From the NCBI GenBank assembly GCA_012295275.1, contig CM022669.1:17422001-17486000 (forward strand): a stretch of DNA of 64,000 bases, written 5' to 3'. The position numbers and the translations under genes were made by a program. This DNA comes from Chrysomallon squamiferum (lineage: Eukaryota > Animalia > Mollusca). This document shows positions 26,447 through 64,000 of this stretch, piece by piece. Under the pieces are notes generated by a model that saw nothing but the letters and a program-made list of their open reading frames with translations, searched no databases and was not told the origin of the DNA. The stretch's first letter is position 1, and each line of letters opens with the position of its first letter.

Positions 26447-27038
26447 TTTCTTTAATAAAGAAACTTTGCTTCATATTTGAGCCAACAGTGAAAGATCTTG
26501 GGGTTACATACATATATATATACACACACATACATACATATATATACATTATAGATACATACATACATACATAATTATGCAAGTAGAAATTAGCTTAAAC
26601 ATAAGACCATTTTAAATTATCTAAGCTTTTGAACTTCTAATTACTTTTGATATAATTTAAGAACTAACAAAAAAAACAAACAAAAAAACAAATTGTAATA
26701 CTTTGAAAATTGAGAGTGACAGTGAATGAAATGATTGAAAATTCTGTCTTCATATTTTAGATAAAACATGCAGATCTGCCATTGATCTCAATCAGGACAT
26801 CAGATTATGTGAACTAATTGTCCTCGATTAAAAAATTAATTTTTTAAAATTTTATTTTATTTTATTTTTCCTGAGAACTTAAATCAAATCGTGGTGACCT
26901 TTACTTCAGATATCATAGGAAAGCCAAAAAGCTTTAACATGACAAAAGATTTTAAAACTACAGTACCAAAACTGAGCTAGTGAAGAAACAACCTTTACAA
27001 ATACTATGACTGTTAGCTAATGTTTAATGTATTATATA

Positions 27039-27088
<50 letters not shown>

Positions 27089-27159
27089 TACATACATTAT
27101 ACACACATATACATACATACAGACACATAAAACACACATATATATATACATACATACAT

Positions 27160-27211
<52 letters not shown>

Positions 27212-27769
27212 ATACATATATATATATTTCTTTGTTTCAGAAGTGGAGAAGTCACACAACATCAGTACGGTTGGACTTGGTAGGGGGAAGAAATGCAGAA
27301 GGTAACCTGGAACAGGATGCAGCCATAATGAATGGTGCAGATCTCAGTTTTGGATCTGTCACAGCTCTTCAAGGGTACCGTTGTTTTGAGAATTTTTTTA
27401 ATTCTTACCTTCCTGTAGAATTTAATTATATCTTCAACTATCCTTTTTTTTTTTTTTTTTTTTTTTTTGAATCATCATTGCTGAGCATTCTTCATCTCGA
27501 AATTGAAATTCAAAAGCTTTTCCGAGCAGCCAAAAAAGTATAGTTTTTATATGGTGTAGCAGACACAAATATTATTTTATGCATAAAATTATTAAAAATA
27601 GAGTATGATACCATCTGCAGATGATTTGTTTAAGATGTATGAGAAATATAAATGAATTTTTGTTTACACTAGGATCCTGTTATAGAATATCACAATCATA
27701 TTCCAAAATATGATAAGGGTATTCAACCTGTATATGGTTAATTATCACAAAAAAATAAAAAAAATAAGA

Positions 27770-27802
<33 letters not shown>

Positions 27803-30051
27803 ATATACACCAATCAAACAGTGATACAGCTTTGATTCTTTATGCACAAACAAGTCAGTTTCCAAAGATTTTCAAATTTCAAATAATTGTGAAACCTGTA
27901 ATAACTTTTCTTTTCAAATGTTAAATAACACCTGTGAAAAACCTGGACATATTTTCAGAATATTTTATTTTGTTGTCAGTTACAGTATTTAGTGTTATTA
28001 AAAAAATGTGTTACTTTGCATACAGTTTTAATAACGTTTAAAGTTAGACAGACATCATTAAGTTATGTCTCATTCTGTAGTACTGATCTGTTCAAATTAA
28101 TCTTGTGAGATGGACATACAGTTTAATAAAAAAAATAAAAAATAAAAGAAGATGAAAAAATAAATGAAAGTAAAATTGAATACATGGTGATTATGAAAAA
28201 GTCCATGATTAAAATAAATGCGGAAAGAAATCATTAATTTAAAAACTCTTTTCAGTATTTCGAGACCAGTTTCTGTGGCTAAAGCTGTGATGGAAAAATC
28301 TCCCCATAGCATGCTTACAGGAGAAGGTGCCCTGAAGTTTGCTATTCAGCAAGGCTTTAATACAGAAGAGACATTACTGGTAATATTTTCCATAAAATAT
28401 CGCTCAGAAATCATTTTTTAATTATTTTTTTCTTCAGAGAACTAATCTGTAAAGCTATATTTGTGAGAGGAACATAATAGATATAATAGTTTATTATCCA
28501 TGTTTAATATATTTGTATTAAAAAAAACCCTGCTGTTTATTACTGAAAAGTTTATATTACCTTTCATATGCAGATAATATGTCAACATCATTCAGTGATA
28601 CTGTATCTCAAAACTTGATTTTCTCTATATAGTTAATGTCAGTCATGTTACCCATGAATCTGGTTTTACTACCAAAACTGCTTTGAAAAAATAGATGCTT
28701 CACATCAGTCATTTTACAACCATTCTGTGTTGCTTTAAAAGAATATGGCTTAAACATTTTGAGATAATGTAAAATTTCATTAGAGAATACATTTTTGCAG
28801 TCATTTTAATTTAATTACCAAGATAATTGTAATTTTTATTATTTTTATTTATTTATTTATTTATTTATTTTTTGTTTCTTTCAAATTGAAGTAATTGTAA
28901 TTTTTTGGTTTTAGGTACCAAAAGCTCCAGGCGTCTGTTATAATCCAGAAAGCCATGATACTCTGGGTGTGCTAGCTGTAAACAACGACAATGTGTGCGC
29001 AGGTTGGTAATTAATGTATATTTTACATGTGTATGTATGTGCAATGGTTGATGGTACATGCAAATACATTTATATTTCTGTCTTGTTTATGACATATATA
29101 ATCATATAGTAATTTATATAATATGAACATTCACACGTATATTCATTTGACATGTTAAACAGAGATGCTTCATTAACACAGAAAGAAATATAAATATACA
29201 AAGTTAAATAAAAATATAAAAAAGATACAAAGTTAAATAAAAATATAAAAAAGATACAGTGTTAAATAAAAAATATACAAATATACAAATGAATAAAAAT
29301 TAATTTTATTTAATAAAAATTGGGAGAAAACAAAAGAATAACAAAAGAAAAGAAAAGAAAATAATAATATTGAAAACAAGAATTTCTTTTTTTTTTTTTG
29401 AAAATATGATAATAAATACGACTGATGTAATTATATTTATTTAGGTGTCTCAACAAGTGGAAAAGCAGGAAAATGTCCAGGCCGAGTGGGTGACAGTGCA
29501 TTACCTGGGTGTGGTCTCTACGCAGGTGTGTGTAAATAAAGGAACAGAAATCAAGTTAAAGTGTTACTATTATGGTACAGAGAAAATGGTCTAATAAAAT
29601 TCTGAGTGATGATTTTATTGTTTTGGCAATTCACCAGACAGTGTAAAAATAAAATAATACTGTAAATATGCAGACTATTTTTAGATTATTTCTTTCTATT
29701 ACCAAATAAAATATCATTATAATTTTAAATTTGAATAATATGATGGTTAAGAATGATGAAGAAAATAACTGCCAACTCTCTGTCATTAACAGCAAGGACT
29801 TTTTTCAAAAACACATAATTATATGTAATCTGGTTATAATGCTGAATAGTCACAGAAAAGGTTTAATTCTCAGATCCTCTATACTTAGGCTTTTTTTGAC
29901 TTGTTTAGATTGTATTTGTAATGTCATATGGTAATTGTTATTTTAAAATGTATGCATTTACTGTACATCTGTGTGTATTAACAACTTGAAAAAAAGCTTA
30001 CTGAAAGGAAATGCTCCAAAACAATACAAGACAAAAAAAAAAACAACAACA

Positions 30052-30099
<48 letters not shown>

Positions 30100-31962
30100 C
30101 TGAGATAAAATTCCAGAGAAACAATAAAACAATCAGCAATACAAAAAACCCCAACCTTAGACATTCACCATTGTTTTGGTTTTCTCCTTTTTTTTCCCCC
30201 ACAAGAAATTTAAAAAGCAGTGTATATTCTGATAACTTTTCATTCCATCATTTTTTCTTGCATTTTTTAATTTTAACAACATACTCTGTCACTGTCAGGT
30301 GTCACTGTGGACACACATTTGACATCTAATTGTCTCATTAACATGCAGGCCAGGCTGACATTCCTTTTCCATTTCCATTTTCTTCAGATGCCAAAGCTGG
30401 CGCTGCATGCTGTTCTGGTGACGGAGATGAAATCCTGAAATTCTGTCCAAGTTTCAAAGTTGTGCAACTATTAGAACAGGCAATTAAAAAAAAAACATAT
30501 TAAAAAATTAATTTGTTATTATGTTGTAAATGTAATTATAAGAAAGACAACTGATTATATGATGCATAATTTTATTCTGACTTTGGGAAATTTGTTTTTG
30601 AGGCAGAAGCCAGGCACCAAAAATTATGGGAATCCAGGCAATGTTTTGATTAAAGTTACAAAATATTGTTACTTATTTTTTTTTTTTTTTTTTTTGAATA
30701 ACACAACTAACTGACTAATTATTATTTAAATATTATATTTCTTCTTTTTTGTCTTCAGGGTTTATTACCACAAGAGGCTTGTAATAAAACAGTAACAGAA
30801 ATCCTAGAAAGGTTAGACAAACTGGGCAGAGACCCTTTTGAACTGGCTGTCATTGCTGTAGACATGAAGGTGAGACAAAGAGAGAGAAAAACAAAAGCTA
30901 ACATTATAAACAGTGTTTATAAAATCACATTTATAAGGTACATTTCAAACACATGCATACAAACAGACAGACAGACAGAAAACACACAAACAGACAGACA
31001 GACAGAGACACAAACACACACACACACACACACTGCAAAGGCTGCTGAAATTGGCACTCCATATAAGCTTTTTCTTTTTTCTTAATTCTTTCTTTATTAT
31101 TTTAAATAACATATATGATGTGTATTAAAATGTACAAAAACTAATATATGATTTATTTTAAACCTTATTATATCAAACTGCACTGAAATGAAACAGTACA
31201 TCCTCATCATATATTATAAATTATTTCATTTATTGCTCTCAAATTGAGTTTTTATATTTTTGATTTATTATTATTATCATTGTATTTATTTATTTATTTG
31301 ATTTATTATTATTATTTTTTTTGATAATTGTTCACAACCAAATTTATTATATTTATAATAAGTAAATTCTTTGAAATAACTTTAAAATACTGTAGTTATG
31401 CTCTTGTAATTCAAGGGAGGCTACCAACATAACTTTTATTTCCTTTTCAACAAAGTAAGAGTTATCTCAAAGTTATTTAAAAAATGCTCTACGTGAAATT
31501 TTATTTCGTTATTGACCTTTCAAAAGTACTCTTACATGATTATTGTTAACATTAATTAAATATATTATTAATGCTCTTTTTCTTGTTTAAAAGCTATTAA
31601 ATACACACTCGTTCAATATCCCGAAATTTTCCAATAAAATTTGGTAGCGAATTACAAAAACTTGAAATGCTTATAAGTTATTACCTACCTGGTTAATTAA
31701 AAATAATAAATAAATATAGCTGGTTCTATATTTATGAGATATGTTTTAGGCACATATTTGATATGTTAGACAGGCTAAATAACCAATGTAAACCAGTAAA
31801 TATATAAATTTATTACAGGGTAACTTCGGAGCGGCTTCCACACTAACAACATGGAAGGATGAAATCTCAGGACAGAAGTATAACGGTTTTCCTTACGTTG
31901 TTTGGACGGAAGGAATGAAAGAAGTCGAAGTTAGAGTTCAAGACGCATGCGTGATCAAATAA
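25901..31962 (+). CDS. Glycosylasparaginase (N4-(beta-N-acetylglucosaminyl)-L-asparaginase, AGA)-like Ntn hydrolase of the type-2 asparaginase family; ~295 aa, with a 1-nt frameshift in exon 2 as assembled
   Basis: Exons 25901-26015, 27241-27374, 28256-28379, 28915-29002, 29445-29525, 30388-30479 (GC donor), 30759-30869, 31819-31962 total 889 nt (3n+1). Motifs: GTWTF, DAVEAGIN, STVGLG, QDAAIMNG, PVSVAKAVMEKSPHSMLTGEGALKFA, autocleavage site HD/TLG, VSTSG, GRVGDS, SGDGD. Confidence 0.88.
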
Positions 31963-33693
31963 AATTTTAAACTGTTCTTGATTTATTTGCGATCCAGTTT
32001 AACAATTAACAAATGAAAATAATTCCGTGTAAACTCCAGTTATCAGCTATAAAGTATGGAACGAGTGGAAATTCGAGCCCATTTCCTGTAAATTCGTTAT
32101 TACTTTTTCTCATTAATTTCTGGACCAAGAACCGAAGAGATGTTTAAGTAAAAAGAACAGATCAGAAATATTTTCAAAATGTATAGCTAACTAAGGGTCT
32201 GTTCTTGAACATATAATGCGCTTGCAACAAGCCTAATTGGAATTCACTGAAAACGTAAATAAAAAGTATTAATTTTTAGCATTTATTCATTTATAATATT
32301 TTTAAAATTAAAATTCTGAATTTGTTCAAAAAACGATAGCCACGAAGCCTAACATCGATTTATTTGCCATTTTTATAGTTTTTATTACTTTTAATAATGA
32401 TTCAGTCGGACAAAGTTTTCGATTTTGTAATGTTATCATTCAGATTAGGTAAGTACGAACAGGCATCCTTACGGGCTATTTGAAGATTGTAGATAGGTGT
32501 AATGAAAGTGCACTAAACAAGGAAAAACGTTTACGTTTATAGGGAAATAATCAAATTAAAATCACTAACTGAATTTACAGCATGAACCTTCCCATGTGAC
32601 GATCTTATTTGCTCTTCCAAATCATCCAATAAAATAAATATTAAGTCGTAAGTTCTTTTCCCCGCTCGACTTGCTGCATAGCACAGGCTTAAATATTATA
32701 AAATATACAAACGTACACGAACCCAGAAAGAACAGGCCATTTGTTTTCGAGTGTGTTTTGCATTTTAATAATAGTGAAAGTTTTCTAGTCCGACAGAATC
32801 ATTTTATGCCCAAAAGACATATGCACGTAACTGTATACACATGCCTTTGTGAATAAACAGTTTTGTTTTGCTTTCATTATACGATTTTATACTGTTGGTT
32901 TTGATTTAAATATTTATCAGTTGCATTCCAAGTTATTTTTGAAATAAATCACGTTTTGTATGTATTTATCTTGTGCATGGAACATACCCCAAGCTGCTCC
33001 TAAATAACAAAAGTTTTGTTTAAATACTTTTCTGCATAAAATAACTGTTGGACTAGAAACCTTTCATTTTTTTTTTTTTTTACTTTATTGCTGTATATTC
33101 GTGTCAGTTTGAAGTTAAACTGCCAAAATATGTCCAAACCTGCCCAGGCCTCTCTTATTCCCCATTTTCCATGGCTGACTACTGTTTTTTTTTTTTTTTT
33201 TATCTGTCTTTCTTTCTTTCTTTCTTTCTTTTTTTTCTCCCTCTATAATGAAATTCATTTTATTTTGACAGCGCGCCCTCTTTTTCGAAATACAGAACTC
33301 GATCTATTAATAAGAATCCTGCATGCTATATGAAGAGTACATCGGCCACAGTTAGCACTACTAACTGCGGTGTTTGATTTAATTTCTGTAACGATTTAGT
33401 TTTTTACATGAACGATGGGTTTAACGAGAGAATAGGCAGGTGTCGATTCTAAGCAAACATAATCGCTTTTCTACATACCTTAGCAGTTGATATTCAGTAA
33501 AGCATTCGTATCGATATATTTGTCTGACAGGTAGTATAATTTCTCTAAGAAAAGAGCATATTTTTTTCCCCTTTTTTAATTCAGTCATTTAACGCTATAA
33601 AAATAAATTCAAACCCACTGCTTTTATGTATTTATTTATTAACTGAATGGTTTAGATAGAAAGAAGCTGGGTTTATTAACATTAATAAAATAT

Positions 33694-33734
<41 letters not shown>

Positions 33735-35099
33735 TAAAACAAAACAAAACAAAACAAAACAAACAAACAAACACAAATACATACACAATCACACAAACAC
33801 AAACCCCTCCCCAACATGAAACAGGAAATTTGCTGACTAAGCTGAATGCATACTGTCGTTTCGGTGAAAATTACATTGTGTTCTCAGGACAGAGATAATA
33901 AAATGGGCAACTTTTATTAACGTCGAATACAAATTTAATATTCTGAAGTCTCAGTAATTTCTGATGTTCTGTAGAAGCAATAATGGGAAAAACTGTTCAA
34001 ACATTACTAATGTTCGGTCCAAACACATTATCTTTCTTAAACATTCACAACAGAAATATGAAAACCTTTCAACGAGGAATTTTGGATTCTCAGATATTTA
34101 GACCAGTGTTGTTAGGTAGCTAACGATGTTTAAACACAGGTGCCCTGGAAATAACTAGGTATCTGAACCCAAACGATAAACGTAGATTTTAATGTTACTG
34201 CTAATAACTGAGCTCATTTCTAACCTAGTAAACTGATATACATGCGAATATATAATTAGGAACTGGGTTAATAATGAAAAGAATCTCATAACATAATTAT
34301 CTGAGCCTATTTAATTAAAAATAAAAATAAATAAATAAATAAATAAAAAGCTGATGCATACGTTTAGTACCTTTTATAACAAAAGTATCATGGAAATGTT
34401 TGCGAATATTTAATTAAGAGTGAAAATAATAATAATAATAATTAAACAGAAATTAAAAAAAAAAAAAATAAATAAATAAATAAATAAATAAGAGAATAAA
34501 TATGATATCACATAAATTAAGTATTGTCGTTTTTCATATAATGCAATTTGCAGCAAGAATGCAGCACCCACGGTCGGCCAAACCCACATAATTTTTTCAT
34601 AAGTATCAGTTGCTTAACCCCAGTGGCATTGGCCCTCCAAACCCACAGAAAAACCTTAATCCACTTATTCCAATTATGCAGACGATAAGATTTCAAGTGC
34701 ACCTTGACATAAACACGTATTTCAATTGTTATAAAACATTAAAAGAATGTAAATTTTAAAAATCCAGTACAATGATACCTTTATGGAATTAAACTTCTAA
34801 AATACCAGCGAATTCTGAACGTAAAATAGGACTCTTTTTTTTTTATTTCAATTTTTATTTATTGTTTTATTTTTTTTTTTTTTTTCTTGTTTTTTTTTCT
34901 TTTTTTTTTTTTTTTTTTTTTTTCTGCTACACATGAACACAATCCAAAAATGCAACTTAAAGTTATTCAATGCAATTTATGTTTAATTGTGAAACTATGG
35001 GAGGGGCAGAATCAGGCGACTCTATTATTATAAAATTATAAAACTTGCAAACACGTGTTTGTCCTTGCCTAACCTCAAGGAATACGAGGAAAAAAAAAA

Positions 35100-35420
35100 A
35101 AAAAAAAAAAAACTAAAAATCGCAGTGGACGACGGATCGGATCAAGTTTCGCCCATCAAATCGGATCCGGGCCATGTATATATTTTTCAATATGTTTCTT
35201 TTTACATTCCAAAGAATCGACCACAAAGCTTACTTGTTTACCTAATCCACTGTTTGACGCTGGCAGTCTACGAGGGTAATCTGGGCCACGTGTGTGCGGG
35301 AAGGCGCCACTCTGCAATCGGGCCAGAGTTCTGGTTGCAGGGGTGAAAGGAAAGATCTTAGCGGTAGCTGAACTTTATTCCGCGTTCACTCAGCATAAGG
35401 GATAAGGGGATTGGAGTCTG
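35100..35420 (+). promoter_or_regulatory. GC/CpG-rich putative fibrillin promoter
   Basis: Locally GC- and CpG-rich island containing CCACGTG and GGCGCC, 650-950 bp upstream of the fibrillin ATG. The TSS cannot be determined from sequence. Confidence 0.4.
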
Positions 35421-35830
35421 TAACGCTTAGCATGCACATTACAACGGGACAAAACTTCTGTGTACGATTATGAAAGTTTATTTTTGAATTTATCTGTCTT
35501 TCGAAGCCAAATTATCCAGGGGGACCGACGAAAAGAAAAAACAAAAACAAAAATTAATAAAGAAAGAAAAGTGTTGGAGAGAGACAGAGGATATATATAT
35601 ATTTATTTTTTTTAAATTTTTTTCCTGCGTTGTAAATAGGTGTTGCATTTAAGCCTTATGTTTTTCCTTCTTCTTTCAAGATGAATTTCTAAATAGAGAA
35701 ATTTTATTTGAAAACGTGTGTTTTTATTGACAACGAGAAAAATACTGGTTTTAGTTGTTTCAAGTGCTAGGTGCTGATATATGCGCTCAGGAGGAAATGC
35801 TTGGTTATTTTCGGTAATTTGAAAAAGAAA

Positions 35831-35862
<32 letters not shown>

Positions 35863-36058
35863 GTGTTCGCCTGTAATTTTGAAAGAAAACTGTGTTTATT
35901 AACAACTGTGAACATTTAAGTGATTCGTCCATTGTTTGACAACGTGGACGTCGTGCTCAACTATCGACGAAGGCAGCATCGTCGCTGATGATACGCCAAT
36001 TTCCATTAGAAGCTGTGATATACTAACAACGTGTGATACGGCATTAAGAGCTTAGGAG

Positions 36059-63831
<27,773 letters not shown>

Positions 63832-63911
63832 GTAATTAATAACATATTTCAATGTTTTTTTTTTAGTATAATATGTTTTTTAATTATTTTTTATTTATTA
63901 ATTTTTTTCCT

Positions 63912-63970
<59 letters not shown>

Positions 63971-64000
63971 TATGTAAAAATAATTTTATATTTATATTTA

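Noticed and set aside
26761-26808. Possible extra AG-GT exon that might rescue the AGA-like frameshift
   Set aside because: It is 48 nt and preserves phase, so it cannot fix the shift, and it has no family similarity. The shift lies between two conserved motifs within exon 2.
27232-27290. ORF-track reading KWRSHTTSVRLDLVGG as the true start of exon 2
   Set aside because: It is incompatible with the phase-1 end of exon 1 and loses the conserved STVGLG motif found in the other frame.

Overview
This is AT-rich, microsatellite-laden eukaryotic DNA. The intron-rich genes and SINE-like remnants suggest an invertebrate, most likely a gastropod mollusc (inference). I reconstructed four spliced genes by hand. 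(1) The 5' part of an ankyrin-repeat, LRRK1-like gene on the minus strand, which runs off the left edge. (2) A complete 14-exon cytosolic ALDH1-type aldehyde dehydrogenase of 495 aa on the minus strand. (3) Head-to-head with it, an 8-exon glycosylasparaginase (AGA)-like Ntn-hydrolase on the plus strand; it has no signal peptide, one GC-AG intron and a +1 frameshift in a G5 run of exon 2. (4) The first 27 exons of a fibrillin on the plus strand, which runs off the right edge. Non-coding features include an 804-bp TA-flanked Tc2/pogo-like MITE, degenerate SINEs, intronic tandem arrays built from copies of the splice sites themselves, and a CpG-rich/CpG-poor mosaic. Most ORF-track entries are repeat artefacts or single exons. 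I found no prokaryotic-type system such as CRISPR. The best candidates for something new are the frameshifted signal-less AGA-like gene and the splice-site-seeded arrays, and both need checking against reads or RNA-seq.
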